Part shown: piece by piece, positions 26,048 through 33,961 of the stretch
Layout of the letters: each line of letters starts with the position of its first letter
How positions within the stretch are numbered: the first letter of the stretch is position 1
IMG/VR virus record: IMGVR_UViG_3300043764_000020
Location: 1 to 34,970 of that record
Source of the DNA: a virus
Lineage: Duplodnaviria; Caudoviricetes
Reading direction: 5' to 3' (one strand)
Length of the DNA: 34,970 nucleotides
Translations under genes and position numbers: made by a program
The notes under the pieces: generated by a model
Told to the model about the DNA's origin: nothing
Seen by the model: only the letters and a program-made list of their open reading frames with translations
The model's database searches: none

Positions 26048-26568
26048 CAGAACATCGCCTCCTGCTGGCGGTTCGAGGTGACGGCGGTGTGGACGGTGTG
26101 GACGGGGATGCCCTGTACCCGGGCCTGCCGGATGCAGTTCCGGGTGCCCTTGGACATGCCGTGCGGGGCGGCGATGACCAGGGCGGCCCTCGGGTCGGTC
26201 CTGCGGACCATCTCCCCGTTGCGGCGCGGTCCGGCGTACGGGCAGTAGTCCGGCTCCTTGCCGGGGTGCCAGATGTCGCCGGGCAGCTTCATCACCCGGT
26301 GTTCCAGGCCGGGCGGGCACTCGGGGCCGCAGTTGTCCCAGTCGGCGGGCATCGGGTCTTCGATGACCCCGAGTTCCTTGCAGTCCTGTGCCCACTCGGA
26401 CACGGCCTGGTCGATGGACTTCTCACCGGGGCAGGCGCCGTGGCGGACGATGACCCAGCCGGGCGCGTTCAGCACGTAGCGGGCCAGCTCGGTCAGGGCC
26501 AGCTGGGGGTTCGGGTGCCAGCGGGATCCGGTGAGGATGATCGCCGTGGTGGGGCCGATCTTGGTCAC
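26047..26568 (-). CDS. DUF2493 / YspA-like SLOG protein
   Basis: LTGSR, RHGAC, PADW, AGPRRNGEMV, SKGTRNCI..AR..GIPV. Confidence 0.85.
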   Translation of the reverse strand: MTKIGPTTAIILTGSRWHPNPQLALTELARYVLNAPGWVIVRHGACPGEKSIDQAVSEWAQDCKELGVIEDPMPADWDNCGPECPPGLEHRVMKLPGDIWHPGKEPDYCPYAGPRRNGEMVRRTDPRAALVIAAPHGMSKGTRNCIRQARVQGIPVHTVHTAVTSNRQQEAMF

Positions 26569-26720
26569 GACCCGGCCACCCAGCTGCCGGTCTTGCGGCA
26601 GTGACCGCAGGCCATCGTGGGGCGGACCCGCTGCCACAGGTTGCGGGAGACGACGGACGGCTGACGGCAGTTCAGGCAGAACAGGCGCACCATGCCGTTG
26701 GGGATCGAGTCAGGCTGCAT
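26565..26720 (-). CDS. small zinc-ribbon protein, 51 aa
   Basis: CLNC...CGHC; GGAG RBS; overlaps neighbours. Confidence 0.65.
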   Translation of the reverse strand: MQPDSIPNGMVRLFCLNCRQPSVVSRNLWQRVRPTMACGHCRKTGSWVAGS

Positions 26721-26922
26721 CGGAGATCTCCGGAAGGTAGTCCTTGAGGTGGGCCCAGGTGTTCCCGTGGATGGCGCGGCTGAGCGCGGTGCGCTTGCAG
26801 CCGTATTCCTCGGCGAGTTCGGCGATGGTGACGCCGCCCTGGCGGTACTGCTTGCGGGCGTCCCGGACGATCTCGTCGGTGAGAACGGCCAGGTGGTGCG
26901 CTGCACCCTTGCGTGCGGGCAT
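26710..26922 (-). CDS. HTH DNA-binding protein, 70 aa
   Basis: LTDEIVRDAR..Y....TIAELAEEYGC....LSRAI.G.TW; AAGGA RBS. Confidence 0.8.
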   Translation of the reverse strand: MPARKGAAHHLAVLTDEIVRDARKQYRQGGVTIAELAEEYGCKRTALSRAIHGNTWAHLKDYLPEISDAA

Positions 26923-26933
26923 GGGGGGTTTCC

Positions 26934-27929
26934 TTACTCGGCGATGCCGTTGAACTCGGTGGGAACCTGCTTGAACCCGAAGTCCCGCATCAGCTGGGGC
27001 ATGGCGGTGCCGCCCTTGCGGAGGAGGATGTGGACCTCCTTGAACTGGCACTTCCACTGGCATTCGGTCGGATTCGGGCCGCTGTAGATGGGGAGGTTGC
27101 CGCCGTAGGCCGCCTGGGTGGCCGCGAGAGCGTCCCTGCGGATGGCCTCCAGCTCCTGGGTGCCCCGGGGGATCAGGAGGCGCTGGTGGCGCTGCTCCAG
27201 GGTCTGTGCCTTGCCCTTGGTGGCGCCCGGCTTGTCGCCCGCGTTCATCGCCTTCTTGGCTTCGGAGCGGACGCAACCGTTGATGGCCTTGGCCTGCGGG
27301 TGATCGCTGGAACGGAACGCCCACTCGTACAGGCCGGTCTGGTCGTCCAGCTCCATGGCGAACCGGCTGGACAGGCTCTTGGCGGACTTGGACTCGATGG
27401 CGAAGATCCCGCCAAGGTCGTAGTCCTCCACTACCAGGTCGATCCGGTAGTCCAGGACGACGTCCCGGGGTCCCTTGGGGGTGGTGATGGTGCCGAGGGG
27501 AACCAGGCCCTTGTGCTCGACGTCCAGGATCCGCCACTGCGGGTCGCAGCCGTAGTGGGCCGTGTATCCGGCGTACATCCAGCGCAGGACGTCGTAGTCC
27601 TCGGGGTAGAGGCTGCTGTACTGCTCACCCTTGAGGGCGGCGGTGAGGGCGGCTTCTACGGTGTCCCGGGCGACGGAGAGCAGGCTTTCTTCCTCGGCAC
27701 TGCCCCGCTGCGGTGAGCGGCCGTCCAGGGTGTGGTCCTGGTAGGCCTTGATCACGTTGTAGTGGTTCTCAAGGACGCACTCGTGCCAGGCGGAGCCGAG
27801 GTCCAGCTTGGGGTCCTTGTCGATGACCCGGTAGCCCTGGTTGTAGTGCAGCCAGTGCTTGAGGGGGCAGTCCCGCAGCGTGGTCAGGCCCGAATAGCTC
27901 ACCTTGAGCGGTGGCATGGGGGTGGTCAT
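26934..27929 (-). CDS. PD-(D/E)xK RecB/Cas4-like exonuclease
   Basis: SYS....DCP, G..WH..LE, RIDLVV...IESKS, ECQWKCQF. Confidence 0.9.
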   Translation of the reverse strand: MTTPMPPLKVSYSGLTTLRDCPLKHWLHYNQGYRVIDKDPKLDLGSAWHECVLENHYNVIKAYQDHTLDGRSPQRGSAEEESLLSVARDTVEAALTAALKGEQYSSLYPEDYDVLRWMYAGYTAHYGCDPQWRILDVEHKGLVPLGTITTPKGPRDVVLDYRIDLVVEDYDLGGIFAIESKSAKSLSSRFAMELDDQTGLYEWAFRSSDHPQAKAINGCVRSEAKKAMNAGDKPGATKGKAQTLEQRHQRLLIPRGTQELEAIRRDALAATQAAYGGNLPIYSGPNPTECQWKCQFKEVHILLRKGGTAMPQLMRDFGFKQVPTEFNGIAE

Positions 27930-28099
27930 GAGGGGTCTCCGGGAGCAGCAGGGGAAGATGGTTCTATCCTAGCAACCCGCGTGAGGGGCCCTAGCACCCC
28001 GGGGCCACCAGAGGCGGTAGTTACCGGGGATGCCTCTGATCATACGCGTAAATAGCCCTGCAACAAGTCCTGCTGGAGTCCTGCATCCGGGCATGCAAA

Positions 28100-28128
28100 A
28101 GGGGGCACCGGGTGATCCGGTGCCCCCT
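28100..28128 (-). terminator. intrinsic terminator
   Basis: GGGGCACCGG / CCGGTGCCCC stem with TTTT on minus strand. Confidence 0.75.
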
Positions 28129-28140
28129 CGTGGTGCAGGG

Positions 28141-28395
28141 TCAGGCTGTGGGTGCCTCGATGTAGCCGCGCTCGATGGCGATACGGACGGCTTCCGTGGG
28201 GCTGCTCGCGCCGAGAGCGGTACGGCACGCTCCGACGTACGATCGCGCGGTGCCGACCGCGAGACCCAGCTCCCTGGCGATCTCGGCGTACTTGAGTCCC
28301 CGGGCGTAAAGCTGTAGGGCCTGCGCCTGGCGCGGGTACAGAGCGTGCTGGCGGGTGCGCTTCTCCATCCATGTGCTCTCGGCGACTGCTGTCAT
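28141..28395 (-). CDS. LuxR/sigma region 4-type HTH protein
   Basis: RQAQALQLYARGL.YAEIARELGLAVGTARSY.......LGA. Confidence 0.9.
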   Translation of the reverse strand: MTAVAESTWMEKRTRQHALYPRQAQALQLYARGLKYAEIARELGLAVGTARSYVGACRTALGASSPTEAVRIAIERGYIEAPTA

Positions 28396-28431
28396 AACGT
28401 TTCTCCTGTGGTATACGGGGCGTAGTGTTAT

Positions 28432-29058
28432 CTACCCTATGTCAGAGCTAATTCCTTCGACAAGCCCAGCCCTGATCAACCCGTGCCAGAAGTGCAGCTC
28501 AGAACTGCGCTGGTGGTCCCCCGTGCTGTGCCGGGCGGCGTTCTTCCCGGGAGGGGACACCGGCTTGATCCCGTGATCCCGCAAGATCGCCGAGGTCGGC
28601 CCGGTCAGGACCGTGTTCGGCTGCCAGTTCACCTGGATGTGCGGGGCGTACAGGATGCAGTGCATGCGCACCCAGCCGATCAGCTGGGAGGTGGGCATGG
28701 AGGATCCGACCAGCAGGTGGACCCGCTTCTTGTCCGGCCGGAACATCTCGCCGTAGATCACGTCGATGCCCGGCGTGTTCATGGCGAACCAGCGAATGAA
28801 CTCCTCGGGGTTCATCTCGAAGGTCTCGTAGACCCTCCAGCCGCGCCCCTGGACAACCCAGCCTTCGGGCGTCTCGGTGAGGTCGCGGCATCCCAGAGTC
28901 ACGCCGATGTGGCCGCCCTCGGGATCGCCGTCCTTGCCGCCCGGGTCGAGGCCCATGGCCACGGCGTCCTCATCGCTGGCACGGGGGTAGACCACGGGCA
29001 TCGGCCGTCCCCGGACGATCAGGGGCGTTTCGGGCGCCTGACGGGTGATGCTCGGCAC
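28432..29058 (-). CDS. RuvC-like resolvase
   Basis: MGLDPGG, VIYGEMF, IG..R, C-terminal H...SELH; position between helicase and exonuclease. Confidence 0.65.
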   Translation of the reverse strand: MPSITRQAPETPLIVRGRPMPVVYPRASDEDAVAMGLDPGGKDGDPEGGHIGVTLGCRDLTETPEGWVVQGRGWRVYETFEMNPEEFIRWFAMNTPGIDVIYGEMFRPDKKRVHLLVGSSMPTSQLIGWVRMHCILYAPHIQVNWQPNTVLTGPTSAILRDHGIKPVSPPGKNAARHSTGDHQRSSELHFWHGLIRAGLVEGISSDIG

Positions 29059-29061
29059 TGC

Positions 29062-29274
29062 TCAGTCCTCCAGGAATTCGACGGTGACCCGGGCCGGGAA
29101 AACCATGAACGTCTTCGGGTCCATCGGGTTCTTGCCGTTCGCGGCCCGCCTGATGTCGTCTGCGTCGTCGGGGTCGGACATCACGAAGACGTCTGCGTTG
29201 GTGCTGTGGTGCATCAGGACGCTTTCGGCCTTCTCACGGGACGGTGCGACGACGTACACGGTTCTCTCGGTCAT
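29062..29274 (-). CDS. hypothetical protein, 70 aa
   Basis: GAGGAG RBS; motif at 29306-29320. Confidence 0.8.
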   Translation of the reverse strand: MTERTVYVVAPSREKAESVLMHHSTNADVFVMSDPDDADDIRRAANGKNPMDPKTFMVFPARVTVEFLED

Positions 29275-29321
29275 GGGAGTCTCCTCGGGTGGGTGTCTCT
29301 TGGGTATATCTACCCTACCAC

Positions 29322-30809
29322 CTACAGGAGGGCCTTTACAACGCCCCAGGTCAAGGTGCGCATCTGGCGATCCAGCTTGGTGGCCAGCAGCTCCCGCTTG
29401 CCCTCATCCACAGACTCCGGGGTCACGTAGTCATACGCCATCACCGGGCGGTCCTGTCCGAGCCGGTGGACACGCCGCAGCGCCTGCTGGTTCCTGGACG
29501 GCTTCCAGCTGTGCTCGACAAATATGATCAAATCCGCCGCAGTCAGGGTCAAACCCTCCGAAACGGTCTCCAGGGAGCCCACCAGCACGTCCAGCTTGCC
29601 CGCCTGGAAGTCCGTGACGAACTTGAGCCGGTCGTCCTTGGAGGTGCGCCCGTCGATCTGCGCCACCTTCTTGCCCAGGGCCTTGGCCACCTCGGCGCAC
29701 GCAGTCACCGTGTTCTGGTAGTGGGCCACCACCAGCGTGGGCCGGGAGCGTTCGGCGAGGTCGAACTTCAGCTGCTCCAGCTTCCCGGACTCCTCGGTGC
29801 CTCCGGTGAACACTCCGAGCCCGGTGGCCATCTGATCCAGCTTCACGTGGGCGGCGCTCTTGGACCAGGCCACCAGCATCTTGCCGTCCAGCGTGTAGGC
29901 CAGGCACTCCTTCTTCATCTTCCGGTACTGCACGCCCTGCTTCGACGTCATCGGGGTCAAGATCGTCTGCATCTCCATGGGCGGCAGGTCCGGGAGCACG
30001 TCGTCCCGCAGTCGCTGGATGTACAGGTCGCCCAGGTTCTGCCGGAAGAACATCTCGTAGTGCTCGCACGGGTCCCAGGCGGGGCGCTCCAGGCAGTCCG
30101 GGTTGCACCACAGCAGGTCGCCGATCTCGCGCGCGTTCGGGTCCCAGTGGGAGGCGCCGACGTGGAACCACTCCTTGATCCACCGCCAGTACGAACCGAA
30201 CTTCTGACCATTACCGCACAGATGGGGGTAAAGCAGCTGGAGCGGGGAGAACAGTTCGGGGGCGAAGTTGGAGATCGGGGTGCCGGAGGCCATCCACAGC
30301 CGGTCGCACATCTGGGAGAGGATCTTGAGAGCGTCCACCCACGAGGTCTTGCGGCCCTTCAGCAGCTGGGCTTCGTCGCAGATGATCGTGTCCCAGTGCT
30401 GGTTGAACTCGGGGCGGGGCTCGGGGACCACGGTGACCCGGGCCCGGGTGCGCTTGAAGTCGCCGGTCTTGGTGAGGGCGGGCACCTTCTGGCCGGTGGC
30501 GTTCTTGGTGTAGACGATGTCGCCGGGGATGGTGACCCGCTGGCACAGGGACGTGTAGGGGACGTAGGTGAACCGGGAGGGGTCATCCGCCCACCGGTTC
30601 ACCTCGTTCCGCCAGGTCCCGGAGTCCAGGATCATCGCGGGGGCCAGGATGAGCGTCCGGCCCTCGGAGGCCTCTATGAGTTGTCTGGATTTTCCGAGTC
30701 CGGGGTCATCTGCCAGGTATGCCCTGGGATGCTCCCGTAGGAACGCTACCCCGGCCGCCTGGTAGGGCCGCAGGGCAGGCTTCACGGGCGCTTCGAGTAC
30801 CGCCGTCAT
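29322..30809 (-). CDS. SNF2-family helicase
   Basis: LRPYQ, DDPGLGKS, CDEAQ, SGTP, EGLTLT, QALRRVHRLGQ. Confidence 0.95.
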   Translation of the reverse strand: MTAVLEAPVKPALRPYQAAGVAFLREHPRAYLADDPGLGKSRQLIEASEGRTLILAPAMILDSGTWRNEVNRWADDPSRFTYVPYTSLCQRVTIPGDIVYTKNATGQKVPALTKTGDFKRTRARVTVVPEPRPEFNQHWDTIICDEAQLLKGRKTSWVDALKILSQMCDRLWMASGTPISNFAPELFSPLQLLYPHLCGNGQKFGSYWRWIKEWFHVGASHWDPNAREIGDLLWCNPDCLERPAWDPCEHYEMFFRQNLGDLYIQRLRDDVLPDLPPMEMQTILTPMTSKQGVQYRKMKKECLAYTLDGKMLVAWSKSAAHVKLDQMATGLGVFTGGTEESGKLEQLKFDLAERSRPTLVVAHYQNTVTACAEVAKALGKKVAQIDGRTSKDDRLKFVTDFQAGKLDVLVGSLETVSEGLTLTAADLIIFVEHSWKPSRNQQALRRVHRLGQDRPVMAYDYVTPESVDEGKRELLATKLDRQMRTLTWGVVKALL

Positions 30810-30834
30810 CTCAGTCCGTTCTTCAGTGCCGAAA

Positions 30835-31125
30835 TGCGAGGAGCCCCGGCAGGGGTGCGTGCACCTGCCGGGGCTCTACCGGGGTCCTCGGGGTAGCCGC
30901 CACGCCCTCTCCCGGTACCGCTGTGTCTCGGGGACCGGAGGTAGCGAGGAGGCCAGACCGGGAGGCACAGCGGACATTCATGAGGCTTGATCCCTCTCCG
31001 AGACGGCCGGGCATCTCAGTCCGGCCGTCAAGGAGATGTGGATCACCGCCTAGGTCAGGGATGTTTCCATCGTTCCGGGCTTGTTGATCTTGTCCGTCAT
31101 GAGGGCGATCACCTGACCTTTCGCT
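30835..31125 (-). ncRNA. candidate structured RNA/leader with 16-codon uORF, long hairpin and crossed stems
   Basis: Bounded by promoter motif 31126-31140 and hairpin 30841-30876; see findings. Confidence 0.5.
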
Positions 31126-31160
31126 GTATCTACTTTAGCAGGAGGGCGGCTGGAGGCCTA

Positions 31161-31349
31161 TCACTTCGAGTGGAGAGCGAGGGTGTCATCCTTCGACAGC
31201 TGGAAGCCCTGGGAGATCAGCGAGTCCGCGTAGCGGTTGGAGTGGTGCCCGCAGAACGTGAGCAAAAGGCCCTTCAGCGCCCAAGTCGTGTAGCCCTGCG
31301 CCCGGCACCGGTCACACCGGTCCTCGGCTGTGTGCTGCTGAGCATCCAC
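31161..31349 (-). CDS. small actinobacterial Zn-binding protein (DUF7455-like)
   Basis: DRCDRC.AQ...LTFCGHH. Confidence 0.8.
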   Translation of the reverse strand: MDAQQHTAEDRCDRCRAQGYTTWALKGLLLTFCGHHSNRYADSLISQGFQLSKDDTLALHSK

Positions 31350-31398
31350 GTTTACCGCCTCTGCTGGAAAGCCTGCTTACGGGGTGATCTTAACCGTT

Positions 31399-31435
31399 GA
31401 AGGGGCGGCAGCCCAGAGGGAACTGCCGCCCCTTC
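31399..31435 (-). terminator. terminator after holin
   Basis: GAAGGGGCGGCAG / CTGCCGCCCCTTC. Confidence 0.75.
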
Positions 31436-31442
31436 TCGCAGG

Positions 31443-31664
31443 TCAGGCGCCCTGGGAGAAGTCCGGCTTGGCGGAGTTCTTCAGCGCGGCCTTCAGGACC
31501 GCCAGAGCGGCAGGCAGCGCGGCGAGAGCGACGGCCTTGGTGGCGCCCAGGCTCGTCAGGTTGGTGATGTCGGCCAGCTCCAGGCCCAGGAACGCCTGGA
31601 CGTATGTGGACACGGTGCGCTCCGCTAAGTCCTTGACGAACTCGCGGTTCAGGAACTTGTTCAT
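31443..31664 (-). CDS. holin (r1t-like actinophage family)
   Basis: F.KDLAER.VST..QAFLG..AA..A.LAVLK; two hydrophobic helices. Confidence 0.85.
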   Translation of the reverse strand: MNKFLNREFVKDLAERTVSTYVQAFLGLELADITNLTSLGATKAVALAALPAALAVLKAALKNSAKPDFSQGA

Positions 31665-31697
31665 GCTGTCCTCTTCTTGATCACGACACGAGGCCGC

Positions 31698-32261
31698 TTA
31701 CCAGCCCCGCTGTACAGGGATGCGCAGCTCGGCCCCTGCGGGGACGTCTGCGGCAGTGGGGAAGCCGTTGGTCCGGGCGATCCGCTCGGCGTCCGCGTTG
31801 GACGGTGCGATCCACCCGCAGGCCCGCATGAGCAGGCGCAGGGGAAGTCCGGGGAAGACGGTGGCCTCCTGGTAGGGGACGCCGTCCTCGGGCCGCCTGA
31901 TGGGCGGCGGGAAGGCCTCGGGGAGGTAGCGGCAGTGCGCCCCAAGGACGTACTCCGGCCACTCCTTCAGGCCGTTCATGTGCGTGAGTGCCACGGCCGC
32001 CAGAGCGCTGTTGGACAGGGAGTCCAGCAGCCATTCCCGATCGCGCGGGGTGCTGTGTCCGGTGGCCTGCTGCCGGGTGTAGATCTGGAAAGGGCCGACC
32101 CGGTCTCCATCGACCTTGGAGCAGTCGGCCTCTCCCTGGACGGCTGACGCCGCGAGTGCGACGGCGGCAAGGATCTCCGCCATCTGCGGCTTCTGCCAGG
32201 TACCACTGGGCGCCCCGGCCGCGATCAGAGCCTGTCGGAGCTGAGCACGGGGGGCGCGCAT
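31698..32261 (-). CDS. degenerate lysozyme-like domain plus LysM-like domain
   Basis: AAVALAAS..GPFQI..LLD...SA.AA..W; C-terminal ERIARTNG......PAGAELRIP. Confidence 0.65.
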   Translation of the reverse strand: MRAPRAQLRQALIAAGAPSGTWQKPQMAEILAAVALAASAVQGEADCSKVDGDRVGPFQIYTRQQATGHSTPRDREWLLDSLSNSALAAVALTHMNGLKEWPEYVLGAHCRYLPEAFPPPIRRPEDGVPYQEATVFPGLPLRLLMRACGWIAPSNADAERIARTNGFPTAADVPAGAELRIPVQRGW

Positions 32262-32635
32262 CACTCGCCCTGCCTTGCCTGTACTTCGTCGTCGGACAAG
32301 GTCCACAGCAGCGTCTCCAGCTCGGGCGGGGTGCCCTTGGTGGGGTTGACGTCGTGCCGCCGCATGTCCGCGCGTAAGTCCACGATGTGCTTCAGGGCTA
32401 ATCGAAGAAGGCCTTCCACCCTGGTCATCTTCTCTTCCTGGACCTTGTACCGGTCCTCGAATTCTTCGATGCGCTCGTAGTAGGCCGTCTTGAAGGCCTC
32501 GAATTCGGTGAGCTTGACCTTGCGGTTTTCCGTGGCCGCAGTGCCCTTGGCCGCAAACCGGGTCCCGGCGTAGAGCGCGGCGCTCCCGAATATGCCTGCG
32601 CCCGCAGTGATGAGGGCTTCTAACGGAATGCTCAT
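32261..32635 (-). CDS. membrane-anchored coiled-coil protein of the lysis block
   Basis: N-terminal TM helix then coiled coil; lies between tail genes and holin; 3 TTA codons. Confidence 0.75.
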   Translation of the reverse strand: MSIPLEALITAGAGIFGSAALYAGTRFAAKGTAATENRKVKLTEFEAFKTAYYERIEEFEDRYKVQEEKMTRVEGLLRLALKHIVDLRADMRRHDVNPTKGTPPELETLLWTLSDDEVQARQGE

Positions 32636-32708
32636 TTAACTCGTCCCTCAGGAACCGGAATTGACTTTCCGAATGGTAGCAAACTGGGCTATTTCGGTTG
32701 AATCCCTG

Positions 32709-32975
32709 TTACGGGGTATCGGTGATAGTCCAGGACCGGGAGCCGGTGTCCGAGGCCGATACGGAAAGGTTGACCACCCACGGCAGCCCTGCACAGGCCT
32801 TCTGCATGGCGTCCACCAGCTGGTCGATCTGGTCCGCCGTCAGCAAACCCTTCGTGTCAAACGTGCCAGCTACGAAGTCGTCCGCGCCTGCCACGTAGTA
32901 ATTCGCCGAGATGTGCGCGTTCGACGGGATGTAGTCGGGACCGGTACCACCGCTGTAATTCCGCACCAGGGCCAT
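32709..32975 (-). CDS. hypothetical protein, possible tail-fibre accessory, 88 aa
   Basis: AAGAGG RBS, ATG 32975, follows tail gene. Confidence 0.75.
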   Translation of the reverse strand: MALVRNYSGGTGPDYIPSNAHISANYYVAGADDFVAGTFDTKGLLTADQIDQLVDAMQKACAGLPWVVNLSVSASDTGSRSWTITDTP

Positions 32976-32989
32976 GAGGCCTCTTTCTG

Positions 32990-33961
32990 TTAGGCGAGTT
33001 CTGCTGAGCCGGATAAACGGATGAAAGCGCCTGCACCCCAGGTACCGCCGCCCGGCGCTGCCCCGGACCCCTTGACCTGGGTAAAAGCGGGGGATGTCGT
33101 ATTGCCGGGCGCCCACAAGGTGTAGGAATTCGTGCCGGAAGGCTGGGCGGAACAGGGGAAACGTCCCGCACCAACGGTAGATATCTGCCCGGAAACGGTC
33201 TGGTTGTTGAGAGCGTTGGAGTTGAAATTCCAGGGCAGGCCGTCGATTGTCACGTTCCCGGTACCGAATACCGTGTCCGAGCCGAAGAACAACCACAAGT
33301 AGAAGTCGACCGTCTTGCCCCGCTGGATCCAGCGCAGGCCCTGGCTACCGGAGCCCAGCGTGAACGTGCCGGACGTGGCGAAGTTGATCTGGTAGGTGCT
33401 GTTCGTCCAGAAGCTGAGCGGCATCAGGTTGCGCCACTCGGTGCCGCTGTACACCTGGTCGCACACGAGGTCCGAGCGGAAGCAACGGTCCCCGATCACC
33501 GGGGCCGGGAACGCGGCATCCCGGGACGTCTGGCTACCGAAGCGCGGGATGACCAGCGGGTCCAGCGTGGAGGCGAGAGCTGCCTCCAGCGGGTCGTTCG
33601 ACGTGTACGGCAGCTTGGCCTTCGCCGTCTGCAACGGAGCAGCCGCATCCGCCGCCCGCTGGACTGCGATGGCCCGGGAGGCCGCCAGGTCCACGGCCTT
33701 CGGGGAGAGCGCCCACCGGACACCAGAGCCGAAGTCGATCCACAGCACACCGATGTAGTTGTCCGGGCCGAAGAACACGATCTGACCGTTGGAGTCCGAG
33801 GTCACCGCCGTAATCGACGCACCTGAGACGGTCTGGAGATCGGTGATCTGTGACCCGCCCGTGCGGGCGCTCCACACGTTAGCCGTGGCGTTGATGAACG
33901 GCAGACCGGTGGACCGGATGATGTCCCCGTCCCCTCCGCCGCCGAAAAGGTACCGGGCCAT
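32990..33961 (-). CDS. minor tail / tail fibre protein
   Basis: MARYLFGG..ARTGGSQITDL, RDAAFPAP, G/S/T-rich beta C-terminus with RW..RGKTV..GLP. Confidence 0.8.
   Translation of the reverse strand: MARYLFGGGGDGDIIRSTGLPFINATANVWSARTGGSQITDLQTVSGASITAVTSDSNGQIVFFGPDNYIGVLWIDFGSGVRWALSPKAVDLAASRAIAVQRAADAAAPLQTAKAKLPYTSNDPLEAALASTLDPLVIPRFGSQTSRDAAFPAPVIGDRCFRSDLVCDQVYSGTEWRNLMPLSFWTNSTYQINFATSGTFTLGSGSQGLRWIQRGKTVDFYLWLFFGSDTVFGTGNVTIDGLPWNFNSNALNNQTVSGQISTVGAGRFPCSAQPSGTNSYTLWAPGNTTSPAFTQVKGSGAAPGGGTWGAGAFIRLSGSAELA

Noticed and set aside
26934-27929. Cas4-like nuclease as a CRISPR component
   Set aside because: Solo exonuclease in a typical phage replication/recombination module
19756-30740. 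Long plus-strand ORFs (19756-21357, 22802-24040, 25349-26248, 29244-30740)
   Set aside because: Antisense shadows of well-supported minus-strand genes in high-GC DNA
30835-31125. tmRNA or HDV-like ribozyme identity
   Set aside because: No acceptor stem or CCA; only 1 nt between the 3' stem strands, leaving no room for P4/J4-2
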